From Cyanidioschyzon merolae (Eukaryota): DNA of 64,000 nt. Of the stretch, positions 12,478 to 24,285 are shown piece after piece. Where the stretch lies: assembly GCA_000091205.1 (NCBI GenBank), contig AP006486.2. The stretch is one strand, 5' to 3'. Positions within the stretch are counted from its first letter, which is position 1. The number at the start of each line of letters is the position of its first letter. The notes below the pieces were generated by a model. It was not told where the DNA came from. It saw only the letters and a program-made list of their open reading frames with translations, and did not search any database. The translations under genes and the position numbers were made by a program.

Positions 12478-13665
12478 TTGTCCTCGGCACTTTCCGACGC
12501 ATCGTCGCATATGCACCGGTACAGCCGTTACAATCATCGATCACAAGTGGACACCGCCACGGCGGGCATTCAAATCAGCATTGCTGCCTCGAAGCGGCGG
12601 GAATGCGCACGCGCGCTCCGCTCTACCTGTCTTCAGCTGTGCCCTGTGTGTGGACGCTACGTTTCCCGCGCACTGCGACCTTTTGCAGGTCTCGTTAAGC
12701 TAAGCGTGCGGTGCTCAATGGACGAAAGAGAGAACTATCCGCCTGCTGGGAGACTGAATCGTCTTCAACTCGACGATATCGATGACGAAAACTCGGATTA
12801 TTACGAACAGCTATGGAACGAGAAGCTCCGAGCGAGAGAGCCAGAAACTAGCGGTAAGTACCTGCGGGAAGAGAGTCTGTCAGCGGCAGCAGCGGCAACC
12901 GGGGAGCCGCTTGGCGCTGGTGCTCAGATCTTTCGAAGACGGCAGTTGCAGCGGCTCCCAGTTGCTGAGCGTGCCGCGCTGGTCGCCGATGATATCTCCA
13001 GGCAACCGGAGGAAACGCCGTCTGGCAGCTCGCAACCTTTTCCGGAGCTGTATGCGATCCCGGGTGCGCTCTGGGCCGCATGGAAATCGTTTATGAATGC
13101 GCAGTGTGGTCGGCCGAGGTTTGCAGCATCGGGCTTGTCGTTGGAGGCACTGTGGCAAACCGCTCAGCGCTACAACTTTGTGTTGGCGCTTGCAGCGCTA
13201 CTTGCGGCATTACAGCTCTTCGGCTTACTGGGCGAGTTTGTTGCATTTGCATACTACATCGGCATGCCGCTGCATCGAACCTGGAGGGTGATTGCTTCAG
13301 ATGGGTCTAGTCCGCGACACTACGAGCGCTTGCGGCAGCATCTGTGTTTCTGGAATCTTGCCTGTATGCTGTGGGCGGTGCGGTTTGCGGCGGTGCGCAG
13401 CATCCTGCCTGCCTGGCAGATGCTGTTTGCAGCTCTTGGTTTGGGCAACGGCGTTGCATCGGTATGTGAGAAGGCTCTTAACCTGGGCTTCCATCTGACT
13501 TTGAATACCTTGATGTGGTGGCAACCTCAAAGCCGTTCTCCGGGCACCGTAGAGGAGTATCGCGGCGCCGAGCAGCTCTGGTACCAAGCAGTGCACCAGT
13601 GGATCATGCCGCGCCTGATACGACTTGTGGAGCGTATTCGCGAGCAGATGCAGCGGGCCGGCTAA
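12478..13665 (+). CDS. hypothetical multi-pass membrane protein
   Basis: 395 aa ORF; hydrophobic segments FVLALAALLAALQLFGLLGEFVAFAYYIG, LCFWNLACMLWAVRFAAV, MLFAALGLGNGVASV. No family confidently recognised. Confidence 0.3.
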   Translation: MSSALSDASSHMHRYSRYNHRSQVDTATAGIQISIAASKRRECARALRSTCLQLCPVCGRYVSRALRPFAGLVKLSVRCSMDERENYPPAGRLNRLQLDDIDDENSDYYEQLWNEKLRAREPETSGKYLREESLSAAAAATGEPLGAGAQIFRRRQLQRLPVAERAALVADDISRQPEETPSGSSQPFPELYAIPGALWAAWKSFMNAQCGRPRFAASGLSLEALWQTAQRYNFVLALAALLAALQLFGLLGEFVAFAYYIGMPLHRTWRVIASDGSSPRHYERLRQHLCFWNLACMLWAVRFAAVRSILPAWQMLFAALGLGNGVASVCEKALNLGFHLTLNTLMWWQPQSRSPGTVEEYRGAEQLWYQAVHQWIMPRLIRLVERIREQMQRAG

Positions 13666-14298
13666 GTAAATGGCCCGATCATTGTCGCCGCTTGCTCACA
13701 TGGAACACGTGTTTGCTGGAGCGAAAAGCAGCGCATACTTGAGCAATGGGCACGTCGCTCGCGCAAAGCCATCTATCTTTGGTCAATTTAAAAACGACGC
13801 CACCTGCCGAGCAGCACCATTTGAACGCTGCGCCCTGTCTCGAGTGGACTTGTCTTAAAATCCCAGTCAACGTCATCCTCTGTGCATGAGCCGAAGTCAA
13901 CGCCAAGCGCACGTGCGCACGCCAGCGTGCACGCTCGTGGACAGGTCCAACTGTTTGCAGTCATCTGGCTGCCATTTGGCCAGCATCCGCGCACTCGATG
14001 ACTGGCCCAGCAGCTCACAGCCGACAACGTCAACGAACGGGATCCAGCGCAAACCCGTCGCATATGCAGCGTTCATCCTCGAAGGAATTTCAGCAAAAAG
14101 TCTCTAGCGCTTCTGTGGCAGCACGGTGCTTCCGCTGTGTGGCGTCTCGTTCGCTGCGCCCGGTTCTTTCCAAAGAAAGCATCCTGCATCGGTTTGCCAT
14201 CGTTCGGTGCAGCAGTACTGCGGCGGTCGACAGATTCACTCCGCAAGCGGAAGATATTCGTGCCCAAATGGAATCGTGGCGTAACGGCGCCGCAGAAG

Positions 14299-14634
14299 CT
14301 ACTTGGCAGCAGCTTCAGCCTCTACGGAGGCATCTGATAAAGATCCCGCGTCGCGCAAGGCACTTGGTGTCACTGGCTCGGACTCGGATGTTGAAGAAAC
14401 AATTCCAGCGTCAAGCAAGAGATCATAGAGCCGTCGCTTCTCCGGATGCGTCAGTACTCGATAGGCGTGCTCGACCCGAGCGAAGGCTCCGGCGTCGCCG
14501 GCCTGGCGGTCCGGGTGCAGTGCCCGCGCCCGCTCTCGGAAGGCAGCACGCAGCTCGGTCAGAGACGCGTCGCGGGGAACACCCAGACACTGGTACAAGT
14601 CTCGGGTGCCTTCGGGCGTGCCACTCGTTTCCAT
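14299..14634 (-). CDS. small J-domain (DnaJ/Hsp40 co-chaperone) protein
   Basis: DLYQCLGVPRDASLTELRAAFRERARALHPDRQAGDAGAFARVEHAYRVLTHPEKRRLYD is a canonical J-domain with the HPD motif. Start assumed at the internal Met (METSGT...); the longer ORF reaches 14703. Stop codon is TAG. Confidence 0.55.
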   Translation of the reverse strand: METSGTPEGTRDLYQCLGVPRDASLTELRAAFRERARALHPDRQAGDAGAFARVEHAYRVLTHPEKRRLYDLLLDAGIVSSTSESEPVTPSALRDAGSLSDASVEAEAAAK

Positions 14635-15299
14635 GTCCCAGACGTTACGCAGTTCGGCGCTTTGTAGCGGCTCGCAGCTCCACCTGGCTCGTGGAGCACG
14701 CACCGAACAACGGAAGCGCCCAGCACACCTGCCTCACCAGAACGCACTCGTCAACGCCCCAGAAGAAAAGTTTTCTATGAACTTTTGGTTGCAGGAATTG
14801 CGGTTGAAGCCGTCTATGCAGTTAGTCTAGAAAACTCGTCTGCTCGGTTCGGAAAACGCAACGCTCAAATGATAATGTGGATTTGTGGTGCATACAAAGG
14901 CCAGATGATGCATAACACATCAGAAGGATGGCCTGCGCTTGTGCCCAATGAAAGCAGCATACAGACCTGCTCGCCTTGCTCTTGCCATAATGTTATTCTC
15001 CAAACGATTTCTAGATGTGCGTCCTCGACATTCCAAGTGCAGGAATAAGGGCTTGCGGATGCGTATGTGGTTCAGGGATTCTCAGTTGGGTTTTTTTCGG
15101 AGTGGCTACTTCGATGATTTGCCACTGGAATTGGCGACCACACCTGTATCAAGATTATTCGAACCGCGTTCAGACAAGGGATCGTGCAATACCCGAAGTC
15201 ATTAACTGATTCATATCCAGAGACCTGTACGCTTCTCCTGTCCATTCGTGTACCATGATCAAATAATATAGTCTTTACGCGTTAGTTGGTTATGTTTCA

Positions 15300-16150
15300 A
15301 GGCGACTTGAGGGCGCCGCCATTCGCGTCATCGGCTTGAAGACGAAAGATATTCTGCGCCATTCCTTGACGATTTCATCACAAGTTCATGCCGAAAGTTC
15401 GATGAACTTTTCAAGTCAAATAATCGATTTTGTTCGCGGGATAAAATCACCTTTTTTCTATCTATGGAACGGCATTCGAGGTCTGCACGATACATCTCAG
15501 GGGATACGCGCCCCCGGAGGCACCCGTCTCTTGCGCTTGCATGGAAAATGCGCCGTGGACAATGACCTGACTCATCGCAGCGATCGCTTCGAGTGGAGCG
15601 AGCGTCACCGCGCAGCATGATGGATGCTGAGACGGATCGAAAGTTCTCAACTTGCTCTCCATTCTGGGTTCTCTTTCCGATACTTATTTGATCACGGACA
15701 ACATCGCGATCCACAAATCCTTTATCGAATGGAACAGAATATGCTTCGCTACGCAGCATTCAGAGCACCCGCCGAGTTGCTCGTACAGAAGAACCTAATG
15801 ATCGTAGGGTATATCACCGGGCACTGAAACGGAGAAGGGTATCGAGGTGAGCATTCCGTGCCGGGCCCGGGTACGAACGAAAGATCAGGCCGGCGTTGAA
15901 GCGCCACCGGGCGGCGCTCAGCGGATGATGATGAGGAGCAGGTTCCTTGGTCACATGGGAACACCTGACGACTCTCGAGTGTTACAGCTGTGAAAGGCGC
16001 ACCGAGGCCGTATGAAAACAAGATGTCATGGTTAACCGAAGCGTAGATGCCAACTTCTGCCTCCGCATGAAAGCCGTCGACAGCAACCGCAAGCAACGAT
16101 GCCTGAACTTTAACCCTGACATCAAGAGCCCTCGACTGCTAACAACGGAA
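15300..16150 (-). repeat. dispersed repeat family B, copy 1 (about 800 bp)
   Basis: DNA and translated-fragment homology with 19230-20090 and 33250-33700. Shared peptide-level strings include GLGAPFTAVT / SLGAPFAAVT and VPFDKGFVDRDVVRDQISIG / VSFEKGFVERGAVHDDISIG / VPFDRRFYEREVVRIES. Boundaries are approximate. Confidence 0.5.
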
Positions 16151-16417
16151 CCTGAGCGAGAGGAGAATCCGGCGTGTAGAAAGCCGGAGATAACACAGAG
16201 GAAAAGGAAGGCGTCACAGAGTAAGCCCGCACAAGCTGGTGTTGCTTACACTCTGAAAGGCCCTGGACTTGAGTGTATGCGGTCGAGTTCATGGACATAT
16301 CTGGTTTGAGGCTGGTGTGAATGTGAGCCCCAGCTCGACGCTGATTCCCGTCGGCTGCGCAGACATCGGTACGACAACTCCGCACAAGAATTCTAGATTC
16401 TAGAGCGCTCGACCGAC

Positions 16418-16693
16418 GTGGTAACGGATATGTTGGTGCGAGTCCTGTTGTTTGCGGCCTGTCGCAGGGCTGTAGAGAACAAAGACTCGATCGTCGTAGA
16501 GGTGCCTGCTGAACTAGACAACGACGGCCGCGAGTACTGTACTGTGGAGACGCTAAGGAAGCGCCTCCCAGAGGTGTTGCAGAAACTCGCTGCTCACTCG
16601 GCGGTCGCAGTGAATCTTGAGTATGCGGAAGCGTGGCAACGAGTTTACAGCCAGGATGAAGTTGCGCTGATTCCTCCTGTTAGCGGTGGCTAG
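16418..16693 (+). CDS. molybdopterin synthase sulfur-carrier subunit (MoaD / MOCS2A-like)
   Basis: VRVLLFAACRRAV...EVPAE...TVETLRKRL...IPPVSGG. Beta-grasp MoaD pattern with C-terminal Gly-Gly, compared with E. coli MoaD (IKVLFFAQVRELVG...FFPPVTGG) from memory. Confidence 0.6.
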   Translation: MVTDMLVRVLLFAACRRAVENKDSIVVEVPAELDNDGREYCTVETLRKRLPEVLQKLAAHSAVAVNLEYAEAWQRVYSQDEVALIPPVSGG

Positions 16694-19229
16694 CCGCAGC
16701 TGCCGAGGCTTGGCCTCCTCCGCAAAACAATCAGCCTGAACCACGTGTTCTATCAACTTGAGATGGGCCAGAACTGGTGCCCAAAGCCTTGGTCGTCGAG
16801 TTCAACGTCCAGAAGCGAAAACAGCTGCAGCCTGCCTCCCTGTCTTTTGCCGAGCTACGCGGGTATCTTTTCATGAGTGCGCTTTCACAGGGCAACTCCG
16901 ATATGGGAAACATCGCGGTACCTTTCACTGTCACTGGGGTTCTGTGCTTCCTGCTTCGATGATTACCAGGACGAGTGCCATAGCTCGCTCTGGTTGTTTC
17001 CAGAAACCGTGCTCATGTCGAGCCGAATGTCTTTTTCCCAGTAACGTGCCATACAGGCTCCGGGTCTCATTCGGTTATCCGCTTGAAACAGAGCACCCAT
17101 GAACCGATTCTAGCGTGTCTCGAGCTCGACGCGCACACACGCTGGAGATAAAGCAACGCACTGGCACACGGAATCGTTGACAGGAGCCGTACCCAGTTAG
17201 AAAAAGCGCAATGCCTACGCTCTCTCTACATCTCGTTCTCTACCGTATTCCATAGGCACGAGCGACGCCTCATGTCCGAGCAATATCACGGTGGTAGGTG
17301 CCCGGGAACCGACTGCAAACGCTCGTATGCGCGGAAGCGTGCGCGCTCAGCATCGCTGGTGACGCTGACAACCCAGCCACTCTTTACAAACGATCCAGAA
17401 TTCCCGTCCTGATGGATTCGCTTTTAGACATCTTTTTCATCATCTGTATTCGCATGAAATTGCCTGAAAGAAAGGACTGCACCATGTAGCGTTCATGATG
17501 CATCGCCCGCCATTGCCGAGCATCGCACATGTCGTGCATCAAGCGAAGGATCCATGATTTGTTCTGTTTCCGCATTGGCCGCCTCATCGCGGCAAGCATG
17601 AGACGATGTCGTTACTCGCCTGGGCCGATCGAGCCATCGAGATCTATCTAATGCTCTTTACGAGAATCTGCGGGCGGTAGCGAAGCTGTCTGCAGCGAGT
17701 TCGACCAAGACTTCTTACGCGCCAAAGATGCCATGCGCCTGGCGCACGCTCGTGCACTGGCGCTTCGCAACGACTGCGCATTCCGAATAACCCAGTATCG
17801 CTTTGGATCGGGTAAGACGCTTTCGTTGTCATCTCCGGATGCCAGAAACGTTTTCCCCTGGAGAATCGGGACTCGAGGCATACCCCAAGGTCTGTTTGGC
17901 CAGCGTTTATGGAAATACACGCCAAGTCGGCTGGTGGCACATCTTCGACTGCCGATTTCTCATCTGTGAACGTACTTGCTTCGCGCGCGGTATTCGGGCG
18001 GGGATCCCCTGAAACGATGAACTTTTCAGGACCGCAGACTTCACCTTGCATCCTGCAGAGCGTCGAATCGATTGTGGTGTCGGCACGTCCCTGCTGCCTC
18101 CATTCCTAATAAACGCCAGATCGATCGCTTGCGAGCCGTCGCTCCGCTGGAGGTGTCGCGTCGACGCTGACTTGGGCTTATCGCAGCGAAAGCGTTTCGA
18201 GTCATTCGCACTCGCGCCATCAAAGCCGCACTTGCATATCTTGTTGAGGAGTTTCAAACGGCTCTACAACAGCCGCAGGAACAAAGCGACGTTCACGCGA
18301 GAATCTGTTCCGTTGCCTGTAACCGGGTACATCTACGCAGTGCTCGGTTCCTGTTGCTAGATTCCTCTTTTCTCGCGGCCTATGATTGATGGAACGAATC
18401 AGACTGCCCTGTATGCAGGAACGCTGTCGCTTATCAGGTCTACCGTTTTGCTTCTTTCGAAGAAGCGTCCATGCTCTGCGCTCACCGAAGCAGCATGTCC
18501 GTATGCAACAACTGCTCGTTCGATCGAGCGATGCCGCGGCTACGAGCCTGCCTCTGACGCTTGCCGCAATACCGGACGCGCTGTACAGATACAGGACAGC
18601 GGCGTTATCCCTTCGAGGGTGTAGGCACCAGGGTCCACAATGCGGTGCTTCAGGCACCGTCTGTCGTGAGCCTGTCCGGGGCCCAGTGCCCGAACAGTGA
18701 CGCATACCTCATGATGTGTTGGCGATATGTGTACCCAGAAGCTGATGGGTACGTGCTCGCCATCGACAAATCAGTGACGCGTACGCGCGGATGCATAGAT
18801 TCGGAGGTGGAGGATCGTAGAATTGAACCAGAGATCCCCGATTGTTTGATGAAGATCGGCATCTGGAAAAGCGTCCATCAACCAGTGGCGTTCTTCGAAA
18901 CTCCGCCAGCCACCCGCCACTGACGCTTTCCTTTGGAGACCTATATCAGTTCGGGCGATGCCCCAGGCACCGTGCCTGCCCTGAGCGTCCGCTACGACGC
19001 CTACGGCGCCGGTGCAGAAGCCGCACGATTCACGACGATCGGTGTTCGGATGCGGATAAACCCATGGCAGACTAGAATGGAACGGGTGCACGTACCCAAC
19101 TGGGGCTAAGACTCTAAAATTTGGGTCTCTTCCCATTGTCGTCTGCAACAGCCTTTTCAGGCTTGTTCTGCTACTAATTCCCCTTCGCCTCTCTTAGCTC
19201 CGGCTTTCATGACGCTGGAATTTCCTTTC

Positions 19230-20090
19230 CCGAAGCTCCGTTTCCAATAGTCGATGCATGCTGATGAAAGGGCTACAGTCCCAGTTTGCAGCTTCCGGCC
19301 GCTGTTGATCTATTTCGCTTACATGCGAAAATTGGGATCTACGACTTGCTTGTCATTTTCATCTTCTTTGTATACAGCCTCGGTGCGCCATTTGCAGCGG
19401 TGACCAGTGGCAATTTTCCGGCTTGTTTAATTGTGTCCACCAGATCTCCTCCTCCGAGGGATGCTCTGTGGTGCGTGAACGCTCTCTTCATCGCTCGATG
19501 CATGACCTTCGCGGTGAAAGAAGGTTCGCGCTGATACCCTCCTTTACTTCAGCGCCGCCGGCTGTCGTGACACGACCATCGCGGGCCATTTCTGTGCGAT
19601 TCTGTCGGCGAGCACGCTGTCCGCTACCCGCGCAAGCAAACGCTGTTTCCTTTGAGAAAGGATTTGTGGAACGCGGTGCTGTCCACGATGACATAAGCAT
19701 CGGATGCGGACACCCAGGCTGGTACCCAAGGTAAGATATTTCGATCCGTTTACGCTCCCTTTGCGCAAACAGGTGACGTACGGCACATTAGATGCTTTCG
19801 CTGCGAGGACTGACGACCGAGTTAACGATCCTTATTCATGCAATGAGAAAAGACGGGCGCTTCTTGGAGCATATCTCTCAAGCGGCACCATGAAACTGTC
19901 GACTATTGTCTCGTCGACAGCCATCAAGATAAGACGACTTGACCTTCGAGCGAAGTCGATTATTTGACGTGACATGTTCCATGAAATCTCGATCTGAGCT
20001 TGTGAACAAGTCGTCAAGGCAGCATGTCGCATTTTCTTTCACGTCCATAGAACAGCGGCGCGAATGGCTGCGCCCACGACTTGTCGTGAA
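19230..20090 (+). repeat. dispersed repeat family B, copy 2
   Basis: Aligned by eye to the reverse complement of 15300-16150, including the tail ...atcgattatttgac.tga...cttgtga.caa.tcgtcaagg...gaatggc.gcgcccacgacttgtcg. Confidence 0.5.
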
Positions 20091-21039
20091 ACAAGAAATC
20101 GGGAGACCTTCAAGAATGCGTTATTTGAGCGCACTACCCCCGGAGAAAGGAGAAAAACAGTGGGAGCGTGTATGAATTCGTTGGGTAATGATTACCTTGG
20201 ATTCTGAAACCGTTTTGAAGGTTTTACAAATCATCTTGATTCCGGTGACGTGATGGGTGCCACCACGGGCGAGGCGTCGAGAGCGCCTCACCGAATGAGC
20301 GACCTATAATCCTATATCTACGTATGTATCCTCTATCTCTTATGACTACACGTCGGTTGACGATGCCGAACATCTGAACCAGAGTCCGGAAAGTAAGCCC
20401 AAGGCAAGGGTAAAGCGCACATTTCGTGCTCTTTTTCTTGCATTGGATAGGCAAGTAGCGTGGCGATGCGGAAACGTGTGCATCGGACGGGCACCAAATT
20501 TGCCTCCATGCACGGATTGCCCGTGAGGCAGCGTTGTGCGTGCGTGCCTGCGTGCGGTGGTGACGTGTCCGTCCCGCGAACACGCATCGGCGGAGCGTCG
20601 ACGCTGCTCCAACAGCGTTTGCGGGCGAACGCTCTAGTTCTTCACAGCGTCAGTCAGTGTGTTTGCTTGTGTTTGTGTGCGCGCGTAGCCAGCAGCAAGG
20701 AACCCGAGTTTGCTCGATAGGCTATTCTGCTGGGCGACGTGGCTGAAGCCAGTATTTCTCTGCGTCAGCGTGTCCCTTGCACACGAGCCGGCTGCAGGTC
20801 GCAACACGGAACGCTCGCAACACCGTAATAGCCTTTCGCACCGAGTCTGGGAAAGCGAACCTCGAAGCTTTTGCATCAAGAGGAATCGCTGGGCAGGCGC
20901 TGGACTACGCGTGGGCGGGTTTGTTCTGGCTGGTACCTGTGGAAGCACGCCTGAACACTTCGAGCAGTTTCTCCTTCTATAGGTAGTTGTATTTGCTCTT
21001 CGCGCTCTGTTGGCCGTTCCCTCGCTCTCCAGCGTCTAA

Positions 21040-24000
21040 ATGGGTAACGTATGCTCTTGGTCAGCGGGTGACCCAGCGGAACGCCATTTGAAGCACGTTG
21101 TTAAGCAGCTGGAAGACGAGTATCCATGGGCACGGAAGCAGTGGCTACGGAAACAAGTCCGCGCTGTGGACGGCGATCTCGAGCAGGCGCGTATCGCCAT
21201 CGAGCAGAAAATTGGCGGGGCACGCCCTTTCGTTGAAGCGCACGTGTCGGATGTCTATGGCAAAGGTGGAGATATCTCGCACGGACCCGTCATCGAACGA
21301 GGGAAGGCGTACCGGAGGTCAGAGGGCGCCGCGAAGCGGAGCTCGCGCGCAAGTCACGCACAGCAGGCAGACGCAGGGCCCGACATGCAGCTGGTTCCAC
21401 CCTCGATGCCTTTACCCGGCACGTGGCCAGCCGCCGGGACACCGGATCCTTCCGAACGCGTGATAACGACCCTTTTCAATTGGAATGGTTCTGGGGAAGC
21501 TTCGCACCCTATTGCAGGCCTCATGCTGCGGCAACTGACTCGCATGCGTTTCATCGATGGCATTCGAAAAGCCCGAATGGCCTTGTCAGTCTCGAATATA
21601 CATGTCGAGACTTGTGCGGAGCCTCTTGAGGATGCACCAAGAGCCGCAGATGCGATCGCGTTGGAGGAGGACGCGCGCTCCCGCACCAGCGCTAGAGTCA
21701 CGCGTGCTGTCTCGAGCCAGCGACGTCGTCGAAGCACCAGTGTTCGTCGACGCACGACCGTGGGTCTCGATCAGCGCTATCGAGGGTCCGGGGGCGCGAT
21801 ACCCGCTGCTGTAAGCCCTGAACAGGCGTCAGCGGCTGCGTCCTCAGATTCTACTGGAATGGTACTTGTGCTAGACATGGTAACCTTATCTATCGTGACA
21901 AGTCTGTGCCGGTTGCAGCAGCTTCGACAGCTGGGCATTGATACCGTTCAGGTACTGAACGATCGGAAATCGCCAGTCGGACGAAACGGCTCGACACCAG
22001 CAACAACTGCAGCATCTGTGATGACGTTCACTTGTACCGATGCGAGCCGGAACGCGCACCGAGGTGATGCCATCAAGCCGCACATCTATTTCGTGACCTC
22101 AGTGCCAGCATCCGTGGAAGCGATGGCCTTGCATCTGGAAACCACTGCAAAGGCCAGACTGTCCGAAGGAGCGGACTCCATTCAAGATGCCGTCCTCATC
22201 AGCGGACATCTCCCCAATGAGGCACTCGGCCTTGTGCGTCAACAGCTGGCACACACGTCACTGCTTCAGCGACTGGGGTGCTTCATGGAAATTCGTTTGG
22301 ATTATGTAGCAATAGAGGAGGGACTTTTTCACTTTTGCCACCCGAGTGCACTGATCGATCTCTTTCCCGCTTCACGCAGCAAAACGGAGCGTCTCCGCCA
22401 GGAGCGTTGCCTTGCCATCGAAGCGCAACAACTTGCCTCGGTTTGCGAGGTAATGGCTGGTGTCGAGGACGGATCGCCCTGGCTCGGAAATGTGTATTTT
22501 GTCCGTGGCGCCGGGACCGAAGACCCCGCCTCGAGACTCGCGAGCGAAAGCCTTGTCGGCGGCGCGGCGCCAGCCGAACAACTCGCCCAGTTGCTTGCGC
22601 ACGAGCTGCGGCGTCGATGGGCATCAAACATGCCGCACGCCACCCAGGCTGCCGAGGCCTCCGTCTCGAAAACCGAAACAGGCCCTGCACTGACAAGCCG
22701 TTTGGCGGAGCTGGCTCCGGGGAAACGCCCCGGACCTGTAGACGTTCTGATTTGCGATCGAACGGTGGATCTGGCGACGCTGTTCATGCACGACTTTCAC
22801 TACGCTGCAATGGCGATGGACCTCTGCGAGGGATCGCAAAATGCCTGCGCTCGCGTCCGCATTCCCTTGACTGAAATCGGGCTGGAATGGGATCTCCACG
22901 AACCGATCAGCGCTGCGGAAGTCGATCTCGACGAGGAGCTGGATACGATCTGGCGTGAAGTGCGACATCGGCATATTGCGGATGCGGTCGATGCGCTTTC
23001 CGCGACCTTTGACGCTTATCTGGACGCGGAGCCTGGCGTTGCGGCAGTCATACGTCAACCCCAGAGGCGAAACCTGGACGCCGAATCGGCACAGCGTCCC
23101 GAATGGTACCGGATCCCGCAGGCAAGGGCGGCGTGCGCGACCGCCCAAGAGGCACTCGATACGTTCCTAGCACATTTCGCGCTTATAGAGGTTCTGTTGA
23201 CACGCTTCTCCGACTGGTCTCTGGACCGTGTCGCTGCCATGGAGCAGGATCTGGCCTGTTGTCGAACGAGTCGAGGCCGACGCTTCCGTCATGCACTGAG
23301 ACGAGCACTTGCTGTTGCCGAGCATCCGAACGTTCGCGTTATGGACAAGCTACGCGTCGCGCTGCTCTATCTGGTGACTCAGGACGTTGGAGCCGGTGAT
23401 CTCGAGCGTCTCCTGGAAGTTCTGCGCGGCTACACGATTCCGAGCTCCTTTACCAACGATTTCATTGATGGTGGTGTGGGCGACGCAAGGCGTGCGCCCG
23501 CAAGCATTCGGGCTGATATCGCCTTGCGGACTGTCTGGGACTATCTCAGTGTCGCACTTGGTACAGAGATGCGCAAGAGCCGAGCGGAACGGCGTGAACG
23601 ACGAGAGCGCTCTCGTTCGCGTTCGCGTTCTCGAACACGCCGCGACAGTTGGAGCAACCTATCCACTCGTGGGCCCGGCGATGAGGGCAGCGCTGACGAG
23701 GCTAGCGATGACTTTGAGCTCTGCCGCTACAACAACCGTCTGGCAGTGATCCTACGTCAGTTCGCGGAGAACGTCTTCCGGCCCGAGTGTGCGTATCCGC
23801 TCGCAACGGATCTTGGTGCGGCTCCGAGTCCCAAGTATACCTCACCGGTAACACCACGTTCTGGGGCGCCCTCTGGACTGAAGCCGTCTCCAGTGGTGTC
23901 GCAGACTCCGTTGCACGCCGCAGGTCAGAGCGGAAACGGCGCACTTGCTGGCGCGACTTGCGAACCGACGCTGATCGTGTACGTAGCCGGGGGTATCATG

Positions 24001-24132
24001 CCCAGCGAGGCCCGAGATGTATACCGTTTCGCGCAACGCACCGGTCGTGTCGCAGTTGCTGGTGGTTCTTGCATGCTCACACCACGGGAAGTACTGGCCC
24101 TGCTTTGCCGTAGAGAAGCCGTTGCGCCGTAA
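21040..24132 (+). CDS. Sec1/Munc18-family (SM) vesicle-trafficking protein, 1030 aa with long N-terminal extension and low-complexity inserts
   Basis: Sec1-family signatures: ...LVLDMVTLSIVTSLCRLQQLRQLGIDTVQVLN..., ...IYFVTSVPASVEAMALHL... and ...VLICDRTVDLATLFMHDFHYAAMAMDLCEG..., resembling the LILDR..D..TPLLH.WTYQAM motif. Paralog (Vps33/Vps45/Sly1/Sec1) not resolvable by eye. Stop codon is TAA. Confidence 0.6.
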   Translation: MGNVCSWSAGDPAERHLKHVVKQLEDEYPWARKQWLRKQVRAVDGDLEQARIAIEQKIGGARPFVEAHVSDVYGKGGDISHGPVIERGKAYRRSEGAAKRSSRASHAQQADAGPDMQLVPPSMPLPGTWPAAGTPDPSERVITTLFNWNGSGEASHPIAGLMLRQLTRMRFIDGIRKARMALSVSNIHVETCAEPLEDAPRAADAIALEEDARSRTSARVTRAVSSQRRRRSTSVRRRTTVGLDQRYRGSGGAIPAAVSPEQASAAASSDSTGMVLVLDMVTLSIVTSLCRLQQLRQLGIDTVQVLNDRKSPVGRNGSTPATTAASVMTFTCTDASRNAHRGDAIKPHIYFVTSVPASVEAMALHLETTAKARLSEGADSIQDAVLISGHLPNEALGLVRQQLAHTSLLQRLGCFMEIRLDYVAIEEGLFHFCHPSALIDLFPASRSKTERLRQERCLAIEAQQLASVCEVMAGVEDGSPWLGNVYFVRGAGTEDPASRLASESLVGGAAPAEQLAQLLAHELRRRWASNMPHATQAAEASVSKTETGPALTSRLAELAPGKRPGPVDVLICDRTVDLATLFMHDFHYAAMAMDLCEGSQNACARVRIPLTEIGLEWDLHEPISAAEVDLDEELDTIWREVRHRHIADAVDALSATFDAYLDAEPGVAAVIRQPQRRNLDAESAQRPEWYRIPQARAACATAQEALDTFLAHFALIEVLLTRFSDWSLDRVAAMEQDLACCRTSRGRRFRHALRRALAVAEHPNVRVMDKLRVALLYLVTQDVGAGDLERLLEVLRGYTIPSSFTNDFIDGGVGDARRAPASIRADIALRTVWDYLSVALGTEMRKSRAERRERRERSRSRSRSRTRRDSWSNLSTRGPGDEGSADEASDDFELCRYNNRLAVILRQFAENVFRPECAYPLATDLGAAPSPKYTSPVTPRSGAPSGLKPSPVVSQTPLHAAGQSGNGALAGATCEPTLIVYVAGGIMPSEARDVYRFAQRTGRVAVAGGSCMLTPREVLALLCRREAVAP

Positions 24133-24244
24133 TCGCTAAAGCTGGATATGCTGCATATGACAGCTACGTGATGAGCCCGAGCAGCACACCACCAGACGGC
24201 ATAGCATCGGCTGACAGCATACTTTGTGAATGCAATATTCACGG

Positions 24245-24245
<1 letters not shown>

Positions 24246-24284
<39 letters not shown>
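24246..24284. repeat. (CAG)13 microsatellite, intergenic 3' of the Sec1-like gene
   Basis: Read directly. Confidence 0.85.

Positions 24285-24285
<1 letters not shown>

Noticed and set aside
16758-17102. ORF downstream of MoaD as the MoaE/MOCS2B large subunit.
   Set aside because: No convincing match to conserved MoaE blocks when compared by eye.
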